Source: a virus. From it: 64,000 nt of DNA. Position numbers and translations under genes: made by a program. The notes beneath the pieces were generated by a model, which made no database searches, was not told the DNA's origin, and worked only from the letters and a program-made list of their open reading frames with translations. Positions within the stretch are counted from its first letter, which is position 1; each line of letters starts with the position of its first letter. Shown piece after piece: positions 38,799 to 49,877 of this stretch. The stretch is from positions 11,643-75,642 of the IMG/VR virus record IMGVR_UViG_3300027499_000005; one strand, given 5' to 3'.

Positions 38799-40807
38799 AG
38801 AAAAGAGTAATAGTTCGCGGACCAGCCTTGTCACAAAGTGGATATGGCGAACATGCGCGTATGATATTGCGTGGTCTAAAAGAACGGCAAGATCTGTTTG
38901 AAACATTTATCATTCCTACTGGATGGGGTCATACTGGATGGATCTCTGACAATAGTGAACTACGAACTTGGATAGATTCGCGAGTTCAAGTAACACAGCC
39001 ATTGCTACAACAAAATCCTTCCTTTGATATCTCGATTCAGGTCTCTATTCCTAACGAGTTTGAGAGACTAGCTCCAATCAATATCGGTGTTACTGCGGGT
39101 GTTGAAACCACCAAGGTATCTCCACAATGGATACAGAAGTGCAATGAAATGACTAAAATCATTGTACCTTCTAACTTTGCTAAGTGGGGATTTGAAACCA
39201 CAACATATCAAGGGCAAGACAAGCTTGGAAATCCAGCTACATTAGAGGTACAGGTTCCAATCGAAGTCATCTCATATCCGGTTCGTGATGATGTGGAAGA
39301 AGCCACAGATTTCGTAGATAAACTTGGTCTTTGGGAAGACGACTTCGCTTACCTCATGGTCGGCCAGTGGGGTCCAAGAAAGAATATGGACAATGCGATT
39401 CGCTGGTGGCTAGAGGAAAACTGGGAGGAAGATGTTGTACTAGTTGTAAAGACTAGCCATCGCCGCAATAATGTTATGGACAGGGAGTTCACACAGAATC
39501 GTCTAACCGCTCTACTACGCTCAATCGGAGCAGATCCTACTAAACGTAAATGCTCTCTAAAGCTTCTACACGGCGATATGAGCGAGGCAGAAATGAAGAG
39601 TCTCTACGCCCATCCTGCTATCAAATGTATGGTTACAGCCACCCACGGCGAGGGATTTGGACTACCTTTATTTGAGTTCGCACAAACAGGTAAGCCAATC
39701 GTGGCACCCGGCTGGTCAGGAGAACTAGACTTTCTAACTTACCAAAATGAAAAGGGAGAATCAATCAAAGGTTTTCTAACAGTTGATTATACGATTGGTC
39801 CAGTCCAACAAGAAGCAGTTTGGGACGGAGTAGTGCAGGCTGATTCATCTTGGTGTTTTCCTGTTGAAGCCTCTTATAAACAGAGGGTCAGACAAGTCAG
39901 AACTAAGTGGCGCAAATGGAAGCCAAGAGCAGAAGAGCTAGCAGCTAATATCAAGGAAAGATTCTCTATGAGTCGGATCAACCATTTAGTTGCCGAGAGT
40001 GTACTTGGTTCTCCAATCAAGCCTCCCGTAGTCGTTTCTAGAGAGCAGATTCCTAAGATTTCGTTGATTACATCTGTGTTTAAGGCAAAACAGTTTATCG
40101 ATCAACTTATGGAAGATGTGACAAGACAAACTATTTTTGAAGATAAGTGTGAATGGGTTATCTTGAATGCCAATAAAGCAGGAGATGATTACGAAGAGCG
40201 AGTCATACAAAAGTATGTACAAAAGTATCCAAATAATATTATCTATAAGCGTCTTAAGGAAGATGCTGGTATTTATGACACTTGGAACAAAGCTATTGAA
40301 ATGTCAACTGGCGACTTTATCACGAATATAAACTGCGACGACCGGCGCGCCCCTTGGGCACTCGAAAGACAAGCTTCTATACTAGTCTCGGACGCAGAGG
40401 TGGATTTGGCTTATAATGATTCTTATGCCGTTCAAGTACCAAATCTATCTTGGGAAGATATAAGTCCTGAAATGCAACGATATAACTTCGAACCGTTTTC
40501 TAAAGAAGCATTACTGAGATGTAATCTACCACACAACAATCCAATGTGGCGACGAACTTTACACGATACTAATGGGTATTTTGAAACCAAATACCGTTCT
40601 GCCGCTGATTGGGATTTCTGGTTAAGGTGTGCATTCTCTGGTTCTAAGTTTGCAAAAGCTGATGAAGTCCTTGGAATATATTATGTAAATCCTCTCGGAA
40701 TGTCAACCAATCCTGAAAACGATTCTTGGAAGAAGCAGGAAGAGAAAGAGATCTTTAAGAAATACTTCATGAAACTTAAAGAACAACAGCAGGTAGGATC
40801 AGCTTGA
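38795..40807 (+). CDS. fused GT4-like + GT2-like glycosyltransferase
   Basis: HGEGFGLPLFE...GKPIV; C-terminal ISLITSVF...GIYDTWNKAI...NINCDD. Confidence 0.85.
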   Translation: MKKRVIVRGPALSQSGYGEHARMILRGLKERQDLFETFIIPTGWGHTGWISDNSELRTWIDSRVQVTQPLLQQNPSFDISIQVSIPNEFERLAPINIGVTAGVETTKVSPQWIQKCNEMTKIIVPSNFAKWGFETTTYQGQDKLGNPATLEVQVPIEVISYPVRDDVEEATDFVDKLGLWEDDFAYLMVGQWGPRKNMDNAIRWWLEENWEEDVVLVVKTSHRRNNVMDREFTQNRLTALLRSIGADPTKRKCSLKLLHGDMSEAEMKSLYAHPAIKCMVTATHGEGFGLPLFEFAQTGKPIVAPGWSGELDFLTYQNEKGESIKGFLTVDYTIGPVQQEAVWDGVVQADSSWCFPVEASYKQRVRQVRTKWRKWKPRAEELAANIKERFSMSRINHLVAESVLGSPIKPPVVVSREQIPKISLITSVFKAKQFIDQLMEDVTRQTIFEDKCEWVILNANKAGDDYEERVIQKYVQKYPNNIIYKRLKEDAGIYDTWNKAIEMSTGDFITNINCDDRRAPWALERQASILVSDAEVDLAYNDSYAVQVPNLSWEDISPEMQRYNFEPFSKEALLRCNLPHNNPMWRRTLHDTNGYFETKYRSAADWDFWLRCAFSGSKFAKADEVLGIYYVNPLGMSTNPENDSWKKQEEKEIFKKYFMKLKEQQQVGSA

Positions 40808-41469
40808 AAAAAGTGATCTCCTTTTCATTATGGGGGGACAATCCCAAGTATACCGTAGGTGCATTGAGAAACATCGATTTGCTTCCTATGGTATACCCAG
40901 ATTGGGATGCGTACTTCTATGTTGGAAAAACAGTCCCGGATAAGATACTTTATCATATGGAAATATATGATAATGTTAAGATTATCCATAAAGAAGAGAA
41001 TAACGATTGGACTTCAATGTTTTGGAGATTTGAAGCGGTAAGTGAGAAAGATTCATATATTATATTTCGGGACACAGATTCAAGGCTTAATATTAGAGAG
41101 AAGTTGGCCGTAGATCAGTGGATAGAAAGCGGCAAAACATTTCACATTATGAGAGATCATCCTTTCCATCGTGTACCTATTCTGGGAGGGATGTGGGGAT
41201 ATCATAACAACGGCAAGTACGCAGTAGAACAGATGCTTAATAAGTTTAAGACCTCCGAAGCCACTAATGAATATGGTACAGATTACGCATTCCTTCAGAA
41301 GTATATCTACCCTCTAACATTACAGGACTCGGTTGTACATGACGAGTTCTTCGATCAAAAGCCATTCCCTAGTAGCAGAGAAGGATTGCAGTTTGTTGGA
41401 CAAGTTTTCGATGAAAACGAGAATACCGTCGAAGAGCATTTGAAAGCACTCGCGGAACATATAAGATGA
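40804..41469 (+). CDS. putative glycosyltransferase (ISFSLWG family)
   Basis: VISFSLWGDNPKY, MFWRF, FRDTDSR, IMRDHP; TTG start. Confidence 0.6.
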   Translation: MKKVISFSLWGDNPKYTVGALRNIDLLPMVYPDWDAYFYVGKTVPDKILYHMEIYDNVKIIHKEENNDWTSMFWRFEAVSEKDSYIIFRDTDSRLNIREKLAVDQWIESGKTFHIMRDHPFHRVPILGGMWGYHNNGKYAVEQMLNKFKTSEATNEYGTDYAFLQKYIYPLTLQDSVVHDEFFDQKPFPSSREGLQFVGQVFDENENTVEEHLKALAEHIR

Positions 41470-42494
41470 GATTCTTCAACATAGATGTTCATGTATCGGT
41501 CATAAAAGATATAGAAACTATTTTTAGATCATTTGGTCATAAAATAGATAGTTTATCTCTATCATCGCATAGCTGGGTTTTTGGCGAAGAAGCAAAAAGA
41601 CCAGAAATAATAACTTCTGATAACTGGAAGATGATCGATGATGACATGGTAGACAGGTTTTATGATTTCTATAAAGGAAAGTTGGACGACTATGATGGTT
41701 TTGTCGTAACGTATCCACCTGTTTTTTCGAAACTATACGAAAGGTTTAATAAACCAATAATAGTTGTGTGTGCTACGAGGTACGAGTTTCCATACACAAA
41801 CGATGTAGATAAATGGAAAGACTTTAATGCATATTTAGAGAACAACAAAAACATCATCCTTGTTTCCAATAACTTATTCGATAAGAAATACACTGAGTTA
41901 TTTGTGAATCGAGAAGTTAAGCTGATAGAGAGCTTATGTTCTTATACAAACTTCAACTACGCTCCGACTAAGAAAGAATCTGTTCTATATTCTAAAGTCC
42001 ATACTCCACCGGTCGAGGGACTAGTCAACAAAAGCATGTTAGGCAGAGTTTCGTGGCAAGAGTTGTTCTCTTATAAATCTATAGTTCACATACCCTATAA
42101 TGCTTCCACTATGTCTATATTCGAACAATATTATGCTAATGTACCAATCATATTCCCATCAATAGATCTAGCGTCTAAACTATTGAGACAAAACGTACCA
42201 ATATTTTCTGAAATATCATTTAGACAGATACTTTCGTTAAGACCCGATAGTTTATTTAACAACGAAAAAGATATTAATGATTACAAGAATATGGATAATG
42301 TGATAGAATGGATAAAACTATCAGATTTTTATAGATTTCCTCACATCACTTATTTCGATTCTTTCGAAGAACTAAAATATAGAATAAATGAAGATTACTC
42401 ATTTTTGTCTTTAGAGATGAAAGATTACAACCTCTCTAGGCAAAGCCAAATATATCAAGATTGGCGAGAGATATTAGATGGACTAAAATCATAG
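41466..42494 (+). CDS. putative GT-B-like glycosyltransferase
   Basis: IVHIPYNASTMSIFEQYYANVPIIFP; lies within the glycan cluster. Confidence 0.5.
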   Translation: MRFFNIDVHVSVIKDIETIFRSFGHKIDSLSLSSHSWVFGEEAKRPEIITSDNWKMIDDDMVDRFYDFYKGKLDDYDGFVVTYPPVFSKLYERFNKPIIVVCATRYEFPYTNDVDKWKDFNAYLENNKNIILVSNNLFDKKYTELFVNREVKLIESLCSYTNFNYAPTKKESVLYSKVHTPPVEGLVNKSMLGRVSWQELFSYKSIVHIPYNASTMSIFEQYYANVPIIFPSIDLASKLLRQNVPIFSEISFRQILSLRPDSLFNNEKDINDYKNMDNVIEWIKLSDFYRFPHITYFDSFEELKYRINEDYSFLSLEMKDYNLSRQSQIYQDWREILDGLKS

Positions 42495-42502
42495 GGTTTT
42501 AA

Positions 42503-43504
42503 ATGAGCGATAAAAGAGCATTCATAACGGGGATAAACGGACAAGATGGGTCTTATCTGGCTGAGTTGCTGCTAGAGAAGGGGTATACTGTTATTGGATT
42601 AGAAAGAAGGACAGCCCTGAACAGTTCTGAAAAGAACAAAAACTTATTGAAGATTCTTGATCATAATAAGTTTATCGTCGAACAGGGCGACGTTTCTGAT
42701 TTTGCTTCGATATACTCTCTAATAAGCAAATATAGACCAAATGAAGTTTACAATCTATCAGCGCAGTCGCATGTAGGTACTTCATACAAATCACCAGTTT
42801 CTACAATAGAAATAAACTTTACAGGATGCCTAAACCTTTTGGAGTCCATCAGAATGATCGATTCCAACATAAAGTTTTATCAAGCCTCAACTTCTGAAAT
42901 GTTCGGAGATAGTACCAAATCACCACAAAACGAAAATAGTAGTTTTTCACCTGTATCACCATATGCCTGCTCAAAGGTAGCAGCACATCATTTAGTTTCT
43001 ACATATAGAAAGTCTTATAATCTTTTTGCGTGTTGTGGCATTTTGTTTAATCATGAATCTCCAAGAAGAGGAGAAGACTTTGTAACGAGGAAAATAACCA
43101 AAGCAGCAGCCAGAATCAAACTTGGGAAACAATCCGAGCTAAGACTTGGTAACTTGGACGCTTATAGAGATTGGGGATTTGCAGGAGATTATGTTAAGGC
43201 AATGTGGATGATGCTACAACACCCCACTCCAGATGACTATGTTATCGCAACTGGCGAAAGCAATACAGTCCGTGAGTTCTTACAACATGTTTTTGATCGG
43301 GCCGGATTAAAAGTCGAAGATCATTTAAAGATCGATCCTAACTTATCCAGACCCTATGAAGTGTCTAAGATGTGGGGAGATTTCTCTAAAGCAAAAACGA
43401 TTCTTGGGTGGCAACCTGATATTGGATTTCGTGAACTGGCAAATCTGATGTTTGATGAGGATTACGCCGAAGAGAAAAGAAATATATTTCTTGATTTACA
43501 ATAA
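42503..43504 (+). CDS. gmd: GDP-mannose 4,6-dehydratase, copy 1
   Basis: [47 protein letters not shown]. Confidence 0.93.
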   Translation: MSDKRAFITGINGQDGSYLAELLLEKGYTVIGLERRTALNSSEKNKNLLKILDHNKFIVEQGDVSDFASIYSLISKYRPNEVYNLSAQSHVGTSYKSPVSTIEINFTGCLNLLESIRMIDSNIKFYQASTSEMFGDSTKSPQNENSSFSPVSPYACSKVAAHHLVSTYRKSYNLFACCGILFNHESPRRGEDFVTRKITKAAARIKLGKQSELRLGNLDAYRDWGFAGDYVKAMWMMLQHPTPDDYVIATGESNTVREFLQHVFDRAGLKVEDHLKIDPNLSRPYEVSKMWGDFSKAKTILGWQPDIGFRELANLMFDEDYAEEKRNIFLDLQ

Positions 43505-43518
43505 GCACATGAGGGAAA

Positions 43519-44301
43519 ATGAGAAACGTCTTACAACTGAACAAGTTCGCTTTCTTGCACGACGGTCAAACAATCTTTTTTTGTAAAACGGATTATTTAG
43601 GCAGTTTATTTGAAAGTCTAAAATCTAGAACCGAAGAATGTACTATCATCACCGGAAATAGTGATTATGAGATAACAGACGAGATAGTTGGTCATGTTCC
43701 TCGGTGTGTAACCAAATGGTATGCACAAAACGCTAGCGCAACTTCCGAAATCATACAAGGTATTCCGATAGGTTTAGAGAATACTGCAAACTGCATTATA
43801 CAAGGACACGGTATAGGTTGGGAACACGCCAAAAAGAAAGTAGAAATACTTAGTAAGCCACCGATAAACATCAAACCTACAAGAAAAATGTATGCTAACT
43901 TTAGTTTAGATACGCATTCAAGTAGAGTAGAAGTAGCAAGGATATGTTCGAATGTCCATGATGTAACCTTGGAACTATCTGATAATCACTCGCAGATAAA
44001 TAACAAATCCTATTCCGATTATACTAGTAACATACTCGACCATCAAATGATCGTATGTCCTAGAGGTAACGGTATAGACTGTCATAGAATATGGGAAGTT
44101 CTTTATTTGAATAGAGTACCAATCGTAAAGAAAGAAAAAGCTCTGAGATTCTTTGAAGAGCTACCGATATTATTCTTGGATAGCTGGGATCAACTACAAG
44201 ACAGGGATTACATCGAAACACAATATAACTTAGTTAAAAACAATGCTTCTGATATGTTGGATATGGGATACTGGAATGAAAAGGTAGTTTTCGGTGAGTG
44301 A
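43519..44301 (+). CDS. exostosin/GT47-like glycosyltransferase
   Basis: VCPRGNGIDCHRIWEVLYLNRVPIV. Confidence 0.65.
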   Translation: MRNVLQLNKFAFLHDGQTIFFCKTDYLGSLFESLKSRTEECTIITGNSDYEITDEIVGHVPRCVTKWYAQNASATSEIIQGIPIGLENTANCIIQGHGIGWEHAKKKVEILSKPPINIKPTRKMYANFSLDTHSSRVEVARICSNVHDVTLELSDNHSQINNKSYSDYTSNILDHQMIVCPRGNGIDCHRIWEVLYLNRVPIVKKEKALRFFEELPILFLDSWDQLQDRDYIETQYNLVKNNASDMLDMGYWNEKVVFGE

Positions 44302-45124
44302 AAGAGAACACAATATACTCGTAATAGGTAATGGTTTTGTAGGAACTAATCTGTTCAACTACTACAATCGTATTACGAACGTCTGCATGACCGACAGGAA
44401 TATACTAGACCTGTCAGACAAGTCCAGTATTGAGCAGTATTTCCTCATAAACAATGACTTTACCCATGTTATATATGCAGCAGGATGTAAAGATGTTAGA
44501 TATTGTGAAAATAATGAGAATGAAGCATTCTACATAAATGCCGAAGTCGTTAACTTGCTAATATCATGCCTGAAAGGAGAAAAGTTTATATATATCTCAA
44601 CTGATTATGTTTTTGATGGTATGGAAGGTAACTATTCTGAGAATCATCCTCCAAATCCAAAAACAGTTTATGGACTTTCAAAACTACAGGGCGAAGAAAA
44701 TACATTAAAATACAAGAATGGTATTGTAGTGAGGACTTCTGGAGTTTATGGCTTAGGAAGTGGTTGGATGGAATGGATCACCGAACAAAGCAAGCATAAT
44801 AAAGAGACTGTCTGTTATACTGATGTTCGAAATAGTCCGACTTACGCTGAAAACTTGGCCGAAATGATTCTAGATGTGATCAATGAAGATTTTAGTGGTG
44901 TAATAAATCTGAGCGGTCCTGACAGAATAAACAGATTTGAACTTTACAAATATGTTTTATCGTGTTACAATATGAACGATAATATTCTAACACAAGGTAC
45001 TTGTAACGGTACTTTGCCGTATGATATTTCGCTGGATACAAGCAAGTATACTTCCTTGACCGGGAAAAGACCAGACTCATTGGAGTTTGGGTTAGATAGA
45101 CTTATGACTGAGAGCAAAAGATGA
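44294..45124 (+). CDS. RmlD-like NDP-4-keto-6-deoxysugar reductase
   Basis: GNGFVG, YISTDYVFDG, YGLSKLQGE, RTSGVYG, SPTYA; GTG start. Confidence 0.85.
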   Translation: MSEREHNILVIGNGFVGTNLFNYYNRITNVCMTDRNILDLSDKSSIEQYFLINNDFTHVIYAAGCKDVRYCENNENEAFYINAEVVNLLISCLKGEKFIYISTDYVFDGMEGNYSENHPPNPKTVYGLSKLQGEENTLKYKNGIVVRTSGVYGLGSGWMEWITEQSKHNKETVCYTDVRNSPTYAENLAEMILDVINEDFSGVINLSGPDRINRFELYKYVLSCYNMNDNILTQGTCNGTLPYDISLDTSKYTSLTGKRPDSLEFGLDRLMTESKR

Positions 45125-46017
45125 AAATAAATATTCTAGTTCCATCTGTAAACTCGCTGAATACCAATAATGACGGTAATAATGTGCAGGGTGATGAACT
45201 CGTTGCAAGATTATGGGCAAAAAACTTATTGGATGATGATAGAGTTGGAATAGTAGACTTAAACGGAAGACGTAGAGACTATGATGTCTCTATATCTTTT
45301 ACACCACTTTTGGAAAGTACCGGAGGGTTTAAGGCTCTTTATATGCAGAACTGCTTCCCAAAACCAGCGTGGCCCGGCACCATCGAAATGTTTCAACAAG
45401 TAAAAAACAGATATGATGGGTTTATTTTTCCATCGGAAGGACTTAAAAATGCTTGCGGGGAGGACGGGCTAGTGTGCCAGTTCGCAACAGATTTAGATTT
45501 ATTTAATAAGAAGACATACTCAGAAGCCTTCGATCATAATCTATGTTTTGTTGGGAACAAAATCAGAAACGAAGGTACAAACCAAAGATATCTTTTCGCA
45601 GCCAAAAACAAGGGCCTAGCAATATATGGAAATCCACTCGCTTGGAACTCGGAATACTGTAAGGGGAAAATATCCATTCCAGATGAGGCAGTATTGTATT
45701 CTTCTTCAAAGATATGTCTTAATGCACATCTTGAAGAGCATCTACGATATGGATCGTACAACTTCAGGATTTTTAATATACTTGCATGTAGCGGGTTTGT
45801 GATTTCTGATTGGTCTCCGCAACTTGAAAAGGAGTTCGGAGAAAGTATTATTTTCACTGATGGATTTGATGATCTTAACAAAAAGATTGATTTTTATCTT
45901 GCAAATCCAACAGAAACGGTTAAGTTTAGAGAAGCAGGTTTTGAGCTTATTAAAAATAAACATACATTCAAGCATCGTATGAACGACTTGCTTGATTGGT
46001 TAGGGAGAAAACTATGA
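45121..46017 (+). CDS. CgeB-like (Glyco_trans_1_2) glycosyltransferase
   Basis: YSSSKICLNAH...NFRIFNILACSGFVISD. Confidence 0.75.
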   Translation: MKINILVPSVNSLNTNNDGNNVQGDELVARLWAKNLLDDDRVGIVDLNGRRRDYDVSISFTPLLESTGGFKALYMQNCFPKPAWPGTIEMFQQVKNRYDGFIFPSEGLKNACGEDGLVCQFATDLDLFNKKTYSEAFDHNLCFVGNKIRNEGTNQRYLFAAKNKGLAIYGNPLAWNSEYCKGKISIPDEAVLYSSSKICLNAHLEEHLRYGSYNFRIFNILACSGFVISDWSPQLEKEFGESIIFTDGFDDLNKKIDFYLANPTETVKFREAGFELIKNKHTFKHRMNDLLDWLGRKL

Positions 46018-47405
46018 AGATTTTATTTGCTAATATTCCAAATATTAAGATCGTTGATGGGGAAATACACACTGGTCCAAATGCTGGTTCTCGTTGGCCT
46101 TGGACGATCAAAGGAAATCACTTTCACGGATATGCACCATTTCCTTTTTGGTTAGGTTGGGCTGCTAAGTATGTTCAATCGCATGGTTTCGAAGTCGAAC
46201 TGTATGATGGTGTAGCTTTGAGACACAGTAGCTTGAACGAAGTGAAACAGAGAATATTTGATTTTAAACCAGACATCATTTTCTATGATGTTTCGACTCC
46301 TACATATAATATTAATAATAGTATAGCTTTATGGGCTAAGAGGACAATAGATTGCAGAAATGTTTTCTGCGGTCCACACATGAAGGTTTATGCCGAGACA
46401 TGTATACAAGAAGAACACATTGATAACTGTGTTATAGGCGAATATGACATTCCGGCATTAGACATCTGCCAGAAACTAGAAAACTCAAAGGAAATATACA
46501 GATTCGAACATCTTACTAATATAGATACTCTTCCGAACGGCGAAAACTTTGTTCCGTTAAGACCACTAGAGTATATTGGCAACTACTACGAACCAACTAT
46601 GATAACTCCCAGAGTACAGCTAACAGTTCAGACTTCTAGAGGATGTCCGTTTAAGTGTACTTATTGTCAATGGCCGAAAGTAATCAATAATGGACAATAT
46701 AGGGCTAGAAAACCGGAGTTCATTTTGGACGAAATAAGACAAGTTAAAAGACAGTTAAATGGAAATCTTGGTAGTATTTTGTTTGATGACGACACTTGGA
46801 ATCTAGGAAAATCTAGAATCGAAAGCCTTTGTGATGGTCTGAAAGACATCGGGGTTCCTTGGACAATGATGGGTAGGATTGATACAAGCACACCAGATAT
46901 CTATAAAAAAATGGTTGATAGTGGATGTGTCGGAATGCGATTCGGTATAGAATCATTTAACCAAGAACTCTCCAATAACGTTAAAAAGAAACTCGATACA
47001 ACAAAGGCATATAATAATCTTAAATACATTGTGACTAACTTCTCTAATATGGAGTTTCATTTTACAACAATGAAGAACCTTCCCGGTGAAAAGGCGGGAA
47101 GTTGGGAAAGAGATCAGGAGATCTTAAAAGAACTAGAAGCTTTGGGCAGGAAGAACAATAATAGAGTTCATTGGCAAATAAGTGATTGCGTTCCCTTTCC
47201 CGGTACTGAGTTATGGGAAGAGTTGGTTGAACTCGGTCATGGCGATAAGCTAAAAGACTTCTCACTCTATGACGGGTCGCCAAGTAACAGTAGAACCTTG
47301 GCAGAAACTGTTGGCTGGCTTGGAGAAGACTATAGGCCAAAATATTCTGAATATTCTGGTATAGATGGGAAGTTATCAAACTACAATAAAGAAGAGGATA
47401 GATGA
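46014..47405 (+). CDS. B12-binding radical SAM enzyme
   Basis: N-terminal cobalamin-binding-like domain; TSRGCPFKCTYC (CxxxCxxC), FDDDT, FGIES. Confidence 0.88.
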   Translation: MKILFANIPNIKIVDGEIHTGPNAGSRWPWTIKGNHFHGYAPFPFWLGWAAKYVQSHGFEVELYDGVALRHSSLNEVKQRIFDFKPDIIFYDVSTPTYNINNSIALWAKRTIDCRNVFCGPHMKVYAETCIQEEHIDNCVIGEYDIPALDICQKLENSKEIYRFEHLTNIDTLPNGENFVPLRPLEYIGNYYEPTMITPRVQLTVQTSRGCPFKCTYCQWPKVINNGQYRARKPEFILDEIRQVKRQLNGNLGSILFDDDTWNLGKSRIESLCDGLKDIGVPWTMMGRIDTSTPDIYKKMVDSGCVGMRFGIESFNQELSNNVKKKLDTTKAYNNLKYIVTNFSNMEFHFTTMKNLPGEKAGSWERDQEILKELEALGRKNNNRVHWQISDCVPFPGTELWEELVELGHGDKLKDFSLYDGSPSNSRTLAETVGWLGEDYRPKYSEYSGIDGKLSNYNKEEDR

Positions 47406-47984
47406 ATGATAACAAGCTATGAAGATATACACGGATGGTTTGATTATAAAGATCTATATTCTGAGTTTTCTAGCTTATTAACCGATAGCAAAACTTTTGT
47501 TGAAGTTGGTGTATGGAAAGGTAAATCAATATCCTTTTTAGCAACCGACTTAAAACAAAGCAATAAAAAACCAACTTTATTTGCAATCGATACCTTTAAG
47601 GGTACCGCTGGCGACCCAGGGCATAGAGGTATGATAGACTCCCTTCAGGTCAGCTTGCTGGACCATTTCAAAGAAAATTTGAAACATCTTGAGATTGATG
47701 ATTATGTAAATATAATAAAGAAAGATTCGGTTGAAGCGTCGGAAATGTTTCAAAACGAAACAATCGATATAATCTTTATAGATGCTGATCATTCATACGA
47801 AGCTGTAAAGAAAGATTTAGAGGCTTGGTATCCAAAAGTAAAGAGAAATGGAATAATAGCTGGTCATGATTACCTTGGTGATGACTGGCCGGGGGTTAAG
47901 AAGGCAGTAGATGAGTTTTTCGTTGATAAAAACACAACTGTTACAGAATGCCCACCTTCTTCGTGGAAAGCGATAAAGAAATGA
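47406..47984 (+). CDS. class I SAM-dependent methyltransferase (Methyltransf_24-like)
   Basis: VEVGVWKGKS, IDTF, FIDADHSYEAV, GHDY. Confidence 0.88.
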   Translation: MITSYEDIHGWFDYKDLYSEFSSLLTDSKTFVEVGVWKGKSISFLATDLKQSNKKPTLFAIDTFKGTAGDPGHRGMIDSLQVSLLDHFKENLKHLEIDDYVNIIKKDSVEASEMFQNETIDIIFIDADHSYEAVKKDLEAWYPKVKRNGIIAGHDYLGDDWPGVKKAVDEFFVDKNTTVTECPPSSWKAIKK

Positions 47985-48904
47985 AAAAAGTTCTTCTGAC
48001 AGGTGCCACAGGATTTGTTGGCAAAAATATAGTTGAAAGATTATCGGACAAGTATGAAGTAACATCTATTGGTTCGAAACAACACAACCTTATACAACAA
48101 CATGAATGCGAAGATATGTTGAGGCATATAAGACCGGATTTGGTTATTCATGCCGCAGGAGCAGTCGGCGGTATAGGTGCCAATAAGCTGAATCCCGGTA
48201 AGTTTATGTACGAGAACTTAGCTATGGGTATCAACATGATACACAGTTCTATGATACATAACGTTGAAAAGTTTGTGCTTCTTGGTACTGTATGTTCGTA
48301 TCCTAAGCACACACAGGTGCCGTTTAGAGAAGAGGATTTGTGGCTCGGCTACCCAGAAGAAACCAATGCTCCATATGGAATAGCTAAAAAGACTCTTATG
48401 AGTTTGCTAGAAAACTACCATTATCAATACGGATTCAACGGAGTAAACCTAATACCTGTTAATATGTATGGGCCATATGATCATTTTAATCTCACAACAA
48501 GCCATGTGATACCAGCACTTATATTAAAAATACAAAAAGCTCTTGAATCTAAACAAAAAGAGGTTATATTATGGGGAACAGGAAAAGCTTCTCGCGAGTT
48601 CCTGTATGCACCAGATTGTGCCGAAGCTGTAGAACTAGCTTTGGAAAAGCAGATCCCTCCAGATCCTATAAATATTGGAACTGGTAAAGAAATAACCATC
48701 TCTGAGCTTATGTCTTGCATTTGCGATATAATGAAATATTCTGGAGAGATTGTCTATGACACTACGAAACCAGATGGGCAGCCAAGAAGAAGTCTAGATC
48801 TTACAAAATCTCGCGAACTTCTCGGATTTGAAGCAAAAACGGATTTGAGAGCTGGATTGGAACAAACTATAAAATGGTTTTTGAATAATAGGAATATCGA
48901 ATAA
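47981..48904 (+). CDS. fcl: GDP-L-fucose synthase
   Basis: [58 protein letters not shown]. Confidence 0.93.
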   Translation: MKKVLLTGATGFVGKNIVERLSDKYEVTSIGSKQHNLIQQHECEDMLRHIRPDLVIHAAGAVGGIGANKLNPGKFMYENLAMGINMIHSSMIHNVEKFVLLGTVCSYPKHTQVPFREEDLWLGYPEETNAPYGIAKKTLMSLLENYHYQYGFNGVNLIPVNMYGPYDHFNLTTSHVIPALILKIQKALESKQKEVILWGTGKASREFLYAPDCAEAVELALEKQIPPDPINIGTGKEITISELMSCICDIMKYSGEIVYDTTKPDGQPRRSLDLTKSRELLGFEAKTDLRAGLEQTIKWFLNNRNIE

Positions 48905-48905
48905 T

Positions 48906-49877
48906 ATGAAAACAGCATTTATAACCGGTGTAACTGGACAAGACGGCTCTTATTTAACAGAGTTGCTATTATCTAAGGGTTATCGAGTCGTTGGCCTAAA
49001 GAGAAGGACTTCTTTGATAGCAACTGAGAGAATCGATTCTGTGTTTGAAAATAGAAACTTCAAGCTAGAATACTTTGAGTTGGATGATCCCATGTCATTC
49101 TACAGGCTGCTTCAAAAGTACAAACCAGATGAAGTGTACAATCTAGCTGCTCAATCGCACGTTAGAGTTTCTTTCGATGTCCCAGCCTCTACAATCAACA
49201 CTATAGTAAACGGCACTTTAGGGATTGTTGAAGCTATAAGAAACTTTAGGGATGTAAAAGAAGTAAAGCTTTATCAAGCATCATCCTCAGAAATGTACGG
49301 TGATAACCCAAACTATCCATTCAACGAAGATAGCGTCTTAATGCCTGCCTCACCTTATGCTAACGCAAAAGTATTTGCCCATAGTCTTATGAGGAACTAT
49401 CGCAAGTCCTACGGTATGTTTTGTACATCTGGGATTCTTTTTAATCACGAATCTCCTAGACGCGGCGAAACTTTTGTAACCAGAAAGATCACGCTAGCAG
49501 CAGCGAGAATCAAAGCTGGATTACAAGATAAACTTTTCCTAGGAAACTTAGACGCCAAACGTGATTGGGGATTTGCTGGTGATTATGTCGAAGCAATGTG
49601 GCTAATGCTACAACAAGACAAGCCGGATGATTATGTCATAGCTACTGGTGAGACTCATACAGTTCGCGAGTTTTTGCATGAAGTATTTGAACATGCTGAA
49701 CTGGATGTCGATAAATATGTCGAAGTAGATGCCAGATTATATCGTCCGCACGAAGTGCCATATTTGCTCGGGGATTATTCAAAAGCTAGAAAAGAACTTG
49801 GATGGGAACCTAAAGTAAAGTTTAAAGAACTCGCTAGAATGATGTATGATGAGGATCTTAGAGGACTAAAGCAATGA
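48906..49877 (+). CDS. gmd: GDP-mannose 4,6-dehydratase, copy 2
   Basis: [58 protein letters not shown]. Confidence 0.95.
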   Translation: MKTAFITGVTGQDGSYLTELLLSKGYRVVGLKRRTSLIATERIDSVFENRNFKLEYFELDDPMSFYRLLQKYKPDEVYNLAAQSHVRVSFDVPASTINTIVNGTLGIVEAIRNFRDVKEVKLYQASSSEMYGDNPNYPFNEDSVLMPASPYANAKVFAHSLMRNYRKSYGMFCTSGILFNHESPRRGETFVTRKITLAAARIKAGLQDKLFLGNLDAKRDWGFAGDYVEAMWLMLQQDKPDDYVIATGETHTVREFLHEVFEHAELDVDKYVEVDARLYRPHEVPYLLGDYSKARKELGWEPKVKFKELARMMYDEDLRGLKQ

